Of a stretch of DNA of 64,000 nucleotides, positions 38,745 through 50,700 are shown piece by piece. Numbering within the stretch: the stretch's first letter is position 1; the number at the start of each line of letters is the position of its first letter. The stretch comes from Paraspadella gotoi (lineage: Eukaryota > Animalia > Chaetognatha). Location of the stretch: assembly GCA_051294375.1 (NCBI GenBank), contig CM119266.1:25588736-25652735 (forward strand), given 5' to 3'. The translations under genes were made by a program, and so were the position numbers. Under the pieces are notes generated by a model, which was given only the letters and a program-made list of their open reading frames with translations, was not told the origin of the DNA and made no database searches.

Positions 38745-39310
38745 CCTTATCCCGTATATTTTTCGTATATATATTATTATATATATTACATTACATGACG
38801 ACGTGACTTAACATGACTACCTGACCACAATAACTTTCTTAGCCCGTGTATTTATGAGTCGCACTGCATCGGAATTTTGTCTTTTATTCTATATAGTTAG
38901 TTATAGTTAGTTATAGGATTTCCTGATGACGGTTTTTTTGAGGTTTTTGAGCAACAAACTATTTGCAAGTTTTGNNNNNNNNNNTGCCTTATCACGTATA
39001 TTTTTCGTGACATGATATTACATTACATGACGACGTGACTTAACATGACTACCTGACCACAATAACTTTCTTAGCCCGTGTATTTATGAGTCACACTGCA
39101 TCGGAATTTTGTCTTTTATTCTATATAGTTATAGGATTTCCTGAAGACGGTTTTTTTTAGGTTTTTGAGCAACAAACTATTTGCAAGTTATGAGCATTCA
39201 ATTGAGACAGACCGACGGACAGACATACCGACGGACCGACCGACCGACAGACCGACCGATGAGTGAATTATCGAGTTGCGCCCCATTACTCGCGGCGCAA
39301 CTAAAAAAAA
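38745..39310 (-). mobile_element. Second member of the DINE-1/Helentron-like family; 38745-38974 is duplicated at 38985-39190 across a 10-N gap
   Basis: Shares CCCGTGTATTTATGA..CACTGCA, GTCTTTTATTC, (GACC)n and the hairpin AGTTGCGCCCCATTACTCGCGGCGCAACT (39274-39302) followed by an A-run. Confidence 0.6.
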
Positions 39311-41352
39311 ACTGTGAAAAAAAAATGGGGAAAATGAGTTTTTTTTTTTGAAAAGAAGTAGCGACGCCGAAGAGAAGGAAAAAGAATTATAGGGGGCGTT
39401 GTGTGGAAGGGGGGGACGGGAAAGGCGGAACCGGCGCGACTGATGGGTGGGAACGTTGTCAAGGGCTCAGGGTAAGGGCGAGGAGGTAAGGGATAGAGTG
39501 AGTGAAAGGATGAGTTAAAAAGCGAGCGCGATGACTTGCGTCGGCTTGCCCATCAGAAAAAATTCTGGAAATTCAAGAAAATTCAAGATAACGCCGAAGA
39601 ACGAAGAGGGGAGAGTAGCGAAGATACTTGCCGTTTCTTGGAGTCAAACTTTGCTTTGTTGTTTGCTTAGATGACGGAGACATCTGACGCGAAAGCTAAG
39701 AAACTAAACAAAAGAACGCCGATCCCTTTTATGCCGACTTTTTCTGTTCTTTTGTTCAAAACAAAAACTGGGTTTATGATGAAAATTCGTCGCTTTTGTT
39801 CGACGGGCGAAATAGAAAAATCCAATCTTCNNNNNNNNNNNNNNNNNNNNNNNNNNNNNNNNNNNNNNNNNNNNNNNNNNNNNNNNNNNNNNNNNNNNNN
39901 NNNNNNNNNNNNNNNNNNNNNNNNNNNNNNNNNNNNNNNNNNNNNNNNAGAGAGAGACCCGATCGGAGCAGAGAGGAGAGAGGAGAATGAGAGAGAGAGA
40001 GAGAGAGAGACAGCAGACCCCCAAGGTCCTCATTGCCTCATATTCATGCCAAAGTGACATGCTCGATACCATCGCGTCACGAACCGAGTTTTTTTTTTCT
40101 TGTTCCGCTTAAAACATGGAATTTCATTATTACTTTCTCGCGATCTTTTTTTTCTGGAAAAAAAGGAGACATTAAAAATAGGCAAAGAAAATGAAAACTG
40201 GGGGAAAAAAAAGAAGAAAAGGCTGCGGTTAAACATGAAATTTTATATTATATTATATTATTTTATATTATTATATTTATTATATATATTTTTTCTTCTT
40301 CTTCCTTTTCTCTGACCCTTTCCTTTACTTTTTCTTTATTTCATTTTTTTCATTCCGCTCTCTTTTTACCAATTATTCTTATCTTTCTTTACTTTTCTTT
40401 TTTCTCTTCTTTCTCTTCTTTCTCTTTTTTCCTCTCCTTTCTCCCCTTTTTTTTCTAGCTGATGCTCATGTACGTCTTAAAAAAAAAATTAATCGTGCGA
40501 AATAAATTTTCTCTTCATATTTATGACGGGATTCCACGCCCCCTCAAAAATAAAATGTTATGGGCTTACGCTTATCTGGATGATAACTAAAAAGATGAGG
40601 ATAAAGAGGATGAGTTTATATTTTTTAGCAGTTTTATTGACAGACATTTATTTATTTTTACTATTTTTCAGAAAATTGAGAGTACAAGCAAACGGAGCGG
40701 ACATCTTCGACATTAGAAAACAAAAGGCGTCGAAGCGGAGAAAGGAACGAACCGAAGCAACGGAAAAAAAAGAAAAACAAATGAACAATAAACATCGTGA
40801 AAAATAAAAATTCGCAAACTCACTCTCTCGTCCTTTCTTTCTTTCTTGCTTTTTNNNNNNNNNNNNNNNNNNNNNNNNNNNNNNNNNNNNNNNNNNNNNN
40901 NNNNNNNNNNNNNNNNNNNNNNNNNNNNNNNNNNNNNNNNNNNNNNNNNNNNNNNNNNNNNNNNNNNNNNNNNNNNNNNNNNNNNNNNNNNNNNNNNNNN
41001 NNNNNNNNNNNNNNNNNNNNNNNNNNNNNNNNNNNNNNNNNNNNNNNNNNNNNNNNNNNNNNNNNNNNNNNNNNNNNNNNNNNNNNNNNNNNNNNNNNNN
41101 NNNNNNNNNNNNNNNNNNNNNNNNNNNNNNNNNNNNNNNNNNNNNNNNNNNNNNNNNNNNNNNNNNNNNNNNNNNNNNNNNNNNNNNNNNNNNNNNNNNN
41201 NNNNNNNNNNNNNNAAAAAAAGGGAAAAATTTCGTTCTTTCTATTTTCTCTTTTTTTTTTCTTAATTTCCAGATCGCTAACGACTTCGGCGATTAAAATG
41301 GACGCAAATGAGGCGACGGTGACGGCGTTGACGACCTAAACGCTTCGGCGCG

Positions 41353-42862
41353 ATGCCGGCCGTCACGCCCCTCGCGACGCCGGGCGTCGAACTCGGCGAA
41401 AACAAACAAAAGTGCGTCGCGTCGAAAAACCTCGCCTCCACGATATTCGCGATCGAAAGAGAGATCGGCATAGAGCCCGAACTGTGGACGAGCTGCCAAT
41501 CTCCGCCCGAACGGTGGACGAGCTGCCAATCCCCGCCCGATCGGTGGAAGGGCTGCCAATTCGCGTTCTCGCCGGCACAGTGGATTCGCTACCAAAACAA
41601 TTATCATTCAGAGATAAGCAGCGCTTCGTCTCCACGACCCGAACTGTCAAAGTGCTGCCACGGCGGGACGAAACGGAAGCCGTCATCCCTTCTCAAAACT
41701 TTCTCTCCGCCCGAACCGCGCCCTTTCCAAATCCCTTCGTCCACATCTCCCGTGTCCGGACGTGCTTATCAAAGACTCGGAACGGTCTCGATCGAATCTC
41801 CTGCGTCCGAACGGCGCCTCTTTCATCATGTCGAACGGAATCGCTCGTCGACTTCATCCTTAATTCATTCTCTCCGCCCTGCATTCTCCTCCGCCCAATC
41901 ACGGAGACGCCCTCTATCGTCTCCAGAGTCGACCGCCTCCGAATCACGGAAGTTCTCTCCGAAAAAACGACGGACCCTCGTGTCCCATTCGGCCAAGCAT
42001 CGATCGATGGCGCCATCTTCGAGGGAGCGACTGTTCACCGGGCCGTCTTTGATGGAGCTGCGGTCGCTTCCAACTCCATTCTTAACCTCGGACGACTTTT
42101 GCCCGGACGAAACGATTCCGAATTCCCCTCCCTCCTCAGGGTCATGCGCTTCCTCCTCCTCCTCCTCATCCTCCTCCTCCTCATTCAACCCCATTGACTC
42201 GGGAAGTGGAACGAGAGTCCCGGGTCGCGACGATAACCCCGCCTGTCAACATCGCCTCCCTCAACTTTCTTCCCTGAGTTCCTCCCTCGCTTCNNNNNNN
42301 NNNNNNNNNNNNNNNNNNNNNNNNNNNNNNNNNNNNNNNNNNNNNNNNNNNNNNNNNNNNNNNNNNNNNNNNNNNNNNNNNNNNNNNNNNNNNNNNNNNN
42401 NNNNNNNNNNNNNNNNNNNNNNNNNNNNNNNNNNNNNNNNNNNNNNNNNNNNNNNNNNNNNNNNNNNNNNNNNNNNNNNNNNNNNNNNNNNNNNNNNNNN
42501 NNCCTCCCTCCCTTCCTCCCGCTCTCCCTTCGGACGTCAATCGGCGTCATCTTGCGTCGCTCGCTCCGCGGAATATTTCCTCGTCTGCCTCCTCCTTCTC
42601 TCCTCGTCCACTCCCTCTCCCCACCCCGCCCTGGTGCTAAGAATCGTCTCTGTCTCTCTCTCGCCCGGCGATTTTCGTTTCGCCGTGGAAGGACCGCGAC
42701 GTCGAGGGCTTCATCGTCGTCGTCGGCGTCGTTTCCGGCCGTCGTCGTCGTCGTCGTCGTCGAGTCACCGGATTACCCTGACTTCGATTCTCTCGTCCTT
42801 CCTTCTCTTCCTCCCTCTGCTTCTCGCACCGACGCCGGCCAACGCCAAAGAAAATCAAATTT
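41353..42862 (+). CDS. Probable first coding exon of a secreted or membrane protein: long Ser/Pro/Arg-rich N-terminus, then a hydrophobic signal-like segment
   Basis: Acceptor CTTAATTTCCAG| at ~41272, in-frame TGA upstream of ATG 41353, and strong G/C at third codon positions. It ends ITLTSILSSFLLFLPLLLAPTPANAKENQI followed by a phase-1 donor T|GTGAGT (42863). Frame continuity across the N gap 42294-42502 is unverified. Confidence 0.65.
41475..41561 (+). repeat. 30-bp in-frame tandem repeat x3 encoding WTSCQSPPER-like units
   Basis: GCCCGAACTGTGGACGAGCTGCCAATCTCC / GCCCGAACGGTGGACGAGCTGCCAATCCCC / GCCCGATCGGTGGAAGGGCTGCCAATT. Confidence 0.9.
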
Positions 42863-42886
42863 GTGAGTATTTCCAGCTCTCTCTCT

Positions 42887-45437
42887 GAAGATATATCATC
42901 GAGAACAAAAACAAAGGCACCAGAAAGAAACGAGTAGCACGAGATGGCAGGAAATAGAGAAAAAAAGAGCACGAGATAAGAGAGAGGAGAGTAGACGATT
43001 TATATCCGACAAGAGCAGGGACCGCGATCTGATCATTATCTCGCACAGCACTGTTTCGCGCATGCGATCAAACTGTGTGCGTCACTGTATGGCGCATGTC
43101 CGCGGCGATTGATTCGCGTCTTTCCTTTTTTCCTGCGAACCCGAACATTTGCCTGAGGCGAATTTTTTAGAGATGTGATCAACCTTGGCAAATTGTTAAA
43201 ATGGGCCGTGCAACACTCGGCGCCCTCCTTCAACATTCCAATCCCTCTCTCTCTCTCATCTCTCTCTTCTGGCGGAATGGAGATGTCTGACGGTCGCGGG
43301 CTTTCTCCTATCGCCATTCTTAACCTCCGGACGACTTTTTGCCCCGGTACCTGCACACACGATTTCCTGCGAATTCCCCGCTCTCCCGTCTCCCTCCTTC
43401 AGTGGTTCATAGTCTCTCTCCGCTGTCTTGCCTCCTCCACCTTTCTACATTTTTCCTTCGTCCCGTCTACATCCTTCCTGTTCTACATCGTCTCCTTTTC
43501 TTCTCAATCTTGTTATCTCTTCATTTTTTGTATCTTTCGTTTTCTGCTTGCCACGGACTATTTTAGGAACGTTTGCTTTTTAATTTTTGTATGATAAATC
43601 TTTGTTTTTATCGTGTGTTGAGTGTATTCGTGAGCTTATATCTTTACTGTCGTTAGTCTCTGTCTTTACTTCTCATGTAGTTTTATCGTGTGTGTGACTC
43701 GCCGAGTCTATATTCTTTTCTCTTCCCCCGTAAAGTTTTTTTCACTTTGCCCTTCCGCTCCACCTTCTTTTTTTCTTATACTCTTTCTCCTCGCACTTCT
43801 AAGCGCTACTGCTTTCTCCTCTTTTGTTCCTTTTTTCCCTACCCTCTTTTTTCTTTTTTTGGGCCCTATTTTCTCCTTCTTCTGCGTCTTTTTCTCCTCA
43901 TCTCTCCTCTTTTATCTACTGGCATATACTCCCTTTGTTTTCTTCTCCCTATCTCTCCTTCTTCTCCATTCTCATCTCTCCCGTCTCTGCGCATACACTT
44001 CCTCTCTCCTTCCAATCTAATGCACTACAAGTATTTCTTCGCTTCCTTAGCTTAAATTTGGCGCCAAGCATTTCGCCGCCCTTTTCTCTCCGTTCTTCCT
44101 CATTTCGCACTCCTACTTTCTTAGTTCTACCTCAGACTATATTCTCACTTTCTTCCTTCTATCTCCCATCTCTTCTGCTTTATTACTTCCTTCCACTCCA
44201 CCTCCGCTTCTCTCTTCATCTCCACTTTCCCGCTTTCCCTTCATATTTCCTTACGTCTTCTCTCTGCTTTCTCTCTTTCGATTGTTCCGCACATTTCCTT
44301 CCGAGCCGTTATCATCTTTCTTAGCTGTCCGACTCCGCACTTCCGCGGTCACATGCATTTTCTTCGATTTTCTCGCCTCCTCTACAGGCTTCTCTTTATC
44401 TCTCCACTTTCCCTCGTGCTTTCTTCATTCTCCTCTAGCATTCTGAGCTTTTTATCCCACACTTCCGCTCATCTTTTTTCCACATCCCGCTTCTTATTGC
44501 CTGCCCACTTCCTTGTCGCTTTAAGATTACAGTGCATCACTCTCTGTCTCTCCTTCAGCTTTTCTTCTTGTCCACCTCCGGCATTTTCTGTTTCCGCCTC
44601 TCTTCGTCACGTGCGTAGACTAGGACCTCGCTTTGCGTGAGCTTGACGCCACCATCGACAGCGTCCTTTTACATTCGTGCGTCACGCTCGCGAGCGTTCG
44701 GTCGTTCGAGCGCGCTTTTTCTGCGGCCGTTCGCTTCAGTCGCGCTCTCGTCCGTCCGCTTTCTTATTTCCATTCGCCTCCGATCCTTGATTATTCACTC
44801 CATCATCCACATTCCTTATTATCCACTTGCCAGACTATTTCTTACTTCCTCTAGCACTTCTGCTTTCTTATGTATCTCCCTTTCCCGCTTTCCTTATTTC
44901 CCCTACTACTTTTCTCTTTTTCTTACTCTCCCCACCTTCCCTGCTTTTTTCTCTGACTATTCCCACGTCACCAGCACCTCGTCCTAAATATATCGTCCCA
45001 CAACGCAAGCATTATATAAATTCATATTTGTGTCAGTATTCGCGCTTTCTATTCGCTACGCTCTACTCTTCCGTTTTCTCTTATTTCCAACTTACACTGG
45101 CGTTTATTACCTTCTCTTCCGCGCGTCCTTTTCATCCGTCTTTCTTCTCTCATTTCCACTTCCGTCTTCTTCTTACTTCCTCTTCTCCGCTCCTTCGTTT
45201 CTTTTGTTTACTACTCCCTCCCTCTTTGTTTTTTAATTTCAGCTTATAATTGTTATCCATTTACTATCCCCTACTCCCTCCTTCATTCATTACTTCTGCA
45301 TTACACGGATATTCCTCTATTCCGCTTTCTCTAAGATTTCACCATAATCACTGACTCCTCTCTTCCTGTCCTCAATCAATCTCTCCTCTCTCATATCTCT
45401 CTCTCATCTCTCCTCCCGTCTCTCATTTCTTCTCATA
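42887..45437 (+). repeat. 2551-bp pyrimidine-rich block, apparently identical to 58880-61430 (probably one long read used twice)
   Basis: Identical ORF translations at a constant offset of 15993; each copy abuts a 25-N gap. Confidence 0.95.
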
Positions 45438-47148
45438 NNNNNNNNNNNNNNNNNNNNNNNNNCTCTCTCAAATTCGATTACGATAGAGAGTAAGACGCGC
45501 CACATTTTCGCTCGTCCCTCTCGAGAATTTGTTGTTATTTTTGTTTTCGAGTCTCTTTCTTTTTTTCCTTTCTTTTCTTTCTTTTTCTTTTGTTCCCCTC
45601 CTTTTACTTTTTTTTCTTTTCTTTTTTATTGTTTCCTCGTTTTTTCCTAAATTCTTATTTTTCTTGTTTTTATTTTGTTTGTTTATTTTCTGTTCTGTGT
45701 TGTAGTTCATTCCTACTTCAAGTCTAGTAATAGTAGTATGCTCTATTTCCTTATTCTTCCCTTTTTAACTTTTTTATTTCATTCTTTTTTCCTGTTTTTC
45801 TTTAATTCTATCTTTCGGCTTTCTGAAGGTTCTTCCTTTTTTTTTGCTCGGCAACCTTTAATTCCCCTTGTTTCTTATTCGTCTTTTCTTTCCTTATTTT
45901 TTTATTTTTAATCTTGCATTCTTTTCTTGTTTAATTCCGCTAAAGTACAAATTTTGAAGTTCAACGCTTCTTCATGTACTTAGACCGGGCGATAATAGAT
46001 TCAAAGAAGTACAGAATGAATCAGATCAAAACAGATCCAACTGCATAGATAGAAAAAAATAGAAAATAAATAATCTATTTTGTTATTTCCGATATTTTTC
46101 GAGTCAAAACAGATCGACCTGCACAGATAGAAAAAAATAGAAAATTAATCTATTTTGTTATTTCCGATCTTTTTCGAGTCTTGTTTGACGTCAATATGTA
46201 CCTCCTATACTACGAAGTAAAAAAAAAACAAAAAAAAAAAAAGACAAAAAAAAAAATCAAAGTAAAAATGCAAATTTCTCCTTCCCTTTTCGTCGGTTGA
46301 AATCTTAAAATATCTTTCTCCCATCCAGTTTCTCTTCCTCCTCTCCCTCCTGCCCCTCTATCTACTCCTCTTCCTCCTCCTACTCCTCAAATGTAATTGT
46401 GTCCTTTTTCCCCTCATCTTTCAGCGGCGCCAAACTTTGATAGGAATAAATTCTTGAGCGAGTTCTTTTTTTTTTCGAGGGAGACGATTTCAAAGCCTTA
46501 CCCTCTCAGCCTCTGGGGAAGTCGGCTCTCGCTTCCTCGCCCTCTCTGGGTGAGACATTCGTCATTCCTCACTCCTCAGTCTATCTGTCTCATCTCATTG
46601 CACCTTGCTCATTAATATTCTTATTTTTACTTTTGGTCACAGTGAAAATTGAATTTTATTTTTGTGTTTCAATACGTTTCAGTATGGATTCTTTCCCGTT
46701 TGAAATGAACTTTTTTTTTCTCNNNNNNNNNNNNNNNNNNNNNNNNNTTCTCTTTCTCATTTCCCCGTCCCTAATCCGACTCTTTTCCTTTCCCCTATCC
46801 CACCGCACTCACGCCAGCCCCGCCCTCCCCCCCCACTCCTTCTCTTTTCCAACTTCCACGGTTTCTGGACATTAGGTGTGCTCTTCGTCGAAAACACTAT
46901 TTTCTCCCGTTTTCCCTTTGAAATTGAAGATTTCCTCTTTTATAGTTCGGATTTGGGACCAGCAAAATCTTCTCTTTTTTTTTTCCTGAGTCTCCTTTTC
47001 TCTCATTTTTTTCCCTTTTTTTTTCCGAAAAACTGGCGTCTGGCGGGTTGGATTGAAACGGACTCTAATGGGAAGAAAAAAGCGGATGACAAAGTGGCTG
47101 ATGACGAAAACTGGTTGAGGCAATGTCGACTTGTCGAGTTGTAATCAC

Positions 47149-47793
47149 GAGGCGGTAGTGAAAGTTACATACGAAAATGTCCTAAAAGTCAATTTATGAA
47201 CAACAACCATCAGTGAACATTAATTTGTAAAAAAAAGATAATTTTATGTTTTTTTAATTTTTGCAGTAGGCTATAGTATATAGTACGTATCTTATAAATG
47301 AAAAAATTTCGAAAATAGGCTGTTTTCTTAAGTTTTGATTGCCCAGAGTTTGGCAATTCCTCGTCAAAGGTTTGATAAAAGAAAATATAAATCATTTTAA
47401 AAGAATTCTGTTCATTAAGCTGGGTTAAAAATTAAAAAAACTTATATTTTAATATTATAAAAAGTTAATTTTCAGTTTAAAATATAGCTTTTTTTTAATT
47501 TTTTGACCCACTAATGAATGAATTTTTCAAAAAGAGTTATATTTCTTTTTATCAACTGTTTCTTATTGACAAATGCAAATCTGCAAAATAAATCTTAGAA
47601 AAAAAAACTGTTTTGAAATTTTTAACATTTATGGTTTAGTACTAATATAAATTATGGGCCTACTGCGTAAAATTGCTAAAATTTATTATTAAATTTGTAT
47701 ACATAAATGTTTCATAAGTATAATGTTGTTTCGTTCCTCACTTTTTAGAATTTAATTAAAGTTAAAACTAAGGAATTTTAACTACGTCCTTAG
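47149..47793. mobile_element. Non-autonomous DNA transposon, hAT-like (8-bp target-site duplication)
   Basis: GTAATCAC occurs at 47141-47148 and 47794-47801, with a single GTAATCAC at the empty site 51920-51927. Imperfect terminal inverted repeats are GAGGCGGTAGTGAAAGTT and AATTTTAACTACGTCCTTAG. Confidence 0.75.
47256..47674. mobile_element. Fold-back MITE-like core related to 13981-14401, inside the hAT-like element
   Basis: Ends AATTTTTGCAGTAGGC / GCCTACTGCGTAAAATT; shares ATTCCTCGTxAAA, CATTAAG..GGTTAAAA and TTTTTGACxxACT.AATGAA with the 14-kb element. Confidence 0.6.
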
Positions 47794-50700
47794 GTAATCA
47801 CTAAGACTTTTCAATGTTCAATTGCTCATTATTTCGTAATAATAATGAACAATAATAAAATCGTTGTATGGCCACTTCATATAAACATTTCCAAATTATT
47901 TATTAGATACGAAAAGAGAGAAAAAAATACAATGTAATAATAATTAATATAATATGGAAAAAACAAGAAGATGTTGCTCGAATGACAATGGTTGCGACAC
48001 ACGACGACGCCTCGATGGACAAGATTGAACTTTACCGTGTATACTTTGCTAAAACAACGCCCACGTTGGAAAACAAAAATGAGAATAAATGTATGGAATA
48101 GGAAAATCCACTTGATGTGGACCAAAATTGATGACATCTTAGAATTTTCTGAAGTTGTTTTAACCAAAAAAACAAAAAAAAAAAAAACTAGAAGATCTCG
48201 ATTTTGTACTATGTTGATATTATAAAAATCGGTGATTATGATTAGTATCACAGTCGCTTTTCTTCTCTCTTCGAAAAGATTAACCAACACATCAGTAAAT
48301 GTTTTGCGTGATTCCGAATCTCTCGGCCAGACAGAGAACAAATAGAAGACCGCCCTCGCCTTAAATTCTCGACTCGAAAATTATAAAAGAAAGCTCTCGG
48401 CTGTGAAGATATTTCAAAGGCAGTCGAGGTCAGAAGACTGTACGCAATAGTAAGTTGAGAGAAAACTGTCCTCCTATTATGCTGGAATAGCCTTGGCTCG
48501 CCATATTTTGAAAAGGCAAAACTGCATAAATTTGAAAATACCTTTACCTTGAAACTCTCCAAAATTGTCTTTAACGTGGACTTGCTTTGGCTCGATCTCC
48601 GCTTTTCAATCGTTCCAAGCAGCTCGCTTTTATCCCGCTCTATTTTCTTAATTCCATTTCCTTTTTTCCCAGTTCATTTTTAACCCCAGCCAGTCTGGCC
48701 ACATTCACCGCAAACCCTATCATCTCCAGTCTTCCATACCCGACTTCATATTCACGTTACCGACTTCTCATTTGGATCATACCCACCCTTTCTCCCTCCT
48801 CCGCATCGCTTCATCCAAATCCTCCATCAGGAATTGTTTCTTCTCGGGAGTTCGTTAAGCCTTCCTTTGGGGGGGGGGAGCTAGCGGGAAAGAGACGAGA
48901 GGAGAAAAAAGAAAAAAGTATTATATGTGTCGGAGAGCGAAGGACAAGGGCGTGGTTGCTAGGCAACGCTCTTGCCGTCGGTCAACGCGGTCATGGGTTT
49001 CGAGTGGGGAAAAAGAGGAATTACTTTTTTTTTACCCATTGGGCGGCCGGGGGTGAGAGCGGCAGTGAGGACCGGTCGATGGAGGCTGGTACGAAGGACT
49101 TTAGCGGCTGTCGAGCGCGCTGTCGACGACGAGGTACGACGCGGGCGTGCCCGCATGATGCTGGTGAATTATCTTCGGCCGCCGAACTTGGCCGAGTTGA
49201 AAAACCTCACTTCGATCTCACTCACCTCTTTCAATCTTGAGGGGCTTCATTCTGACAGTCGGTCTCTCTATTACTCTGACCCTAATTGGCGCGGCGAAGA
49301 AAAATTTAACCTCGTTCACATATTCGGACGCGATTAGTGTAACTATCACTATCAGATATCACATCAGATATCGAACATATACAGCTGAACTCCATTTGCC
49401 CCGCAGTGTCTGTTTACGCTTTCTTATTTTCGATGCCGCAACTGTGAGTGACGGATCTAAAGCCCACTCATTTTCTTTTTTTTCGCGAACCCGCTTTCCG
49501 ATGAAACGCTCATCAGTTCATCTCATACTCGGAAAATTTCATTTGGCCAGGAAAATGAGGGGAAAAAAACAGGAAACAAAAAAAAAAGATAAGCAAATGA
49601 AGAAAAATACGAGAAAAGAGATAACATGAGAGAAGATATGAAGAATCTAACCGGAAAGAAAAAAAACGAGGAAGAACGCAGAATAAGATTAACAATCGGA
49701 ATATTTTTTTCTCTACTGCTGGATCGATACTCACGGCCGCACCATCCCTCTCTCTAGTTCTTCTCTTCTCTCTCTCTCTCTCGCTCATCTCTCTCTCTTC
49801 TACTCTCACTCTCGTCTCTCATCTTGCGTTGTCTCACTCTGTGTTTGTTATTTGGTATACGCCGCGTTCGACGTTTCCATCGGTATAAACCAGATTCCAG
49901 CCTGCCCTAATCGCTCCCTTTCGCCCCGTCCATTTCACGCCCCCTTTACTTTCCCGCACCCTCGTCAACCTCGCCGGACGTTGCCATGATCGACGAGGGC
50001 ATTTTGTCGGAAACGCCCTTCTACTGTTCGGGGAACCTATCAAACAACAATTCTCGTCGTAGTTGCCACCACCTCACAGTACTAATAGTCCGTGTGCAAA
50101 TCTGGTTCTAGTGCAAGATTCCGTGATTGTCTAACAGGGTAGGTTAGAGCAGGTTAGCTTGCAACCGTCCAGAGAGCGTTTGCTTTTACTGCCCTGTACC
50201 TTGTTCCTTCGAGGTAGGAATTACTCGCTTCCATTAACTTAGCACCCATTTTACCAAACTTATCCTAAGACTTACTGCTCAGACTCGCTTTCCAATTTCA
50301 TAATTCCATTATTTCTACTCCGATTTTTTCACGCTGCACAAAACTCCAGAACCCACCTCAACTGCCAAGCAACGACACCTCGGCCCAATTCTCCCCCCCC
50401 GCCGCTAACCCCGGTCTTCGTAAAATGTGGCCAATGGGAATGATGATTTGTCCGGCAGAAAGGACAAATATGCGGACGTATAATGCAGCGTCATACTACG
50501 AATATCACTACGAGTCCGCCGACGACGTCAGCGATTACGAGTGTGCTCTGTTTAACTGTATGGTTCAAAAGAGACTCGCGTAGAAGCAGTGAGACGTCCT
50601 GCGGCAGTGAGTAGGAACTTATATGTCCAAACTCGCTCCCACTATTTTAGTTCGGGCAGTGCGAAAGATAAGATCAGCGATGGTGAGCTCTCTCTGAACT

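Noticed and set aside
43036-45249. Duplicated 'gene cluster' ORFs repeated at 59029-61242
   Set aside because: Pyrimidine-rich low-quality sequence duplicated identically; the F/L/S-rich translations are compositional
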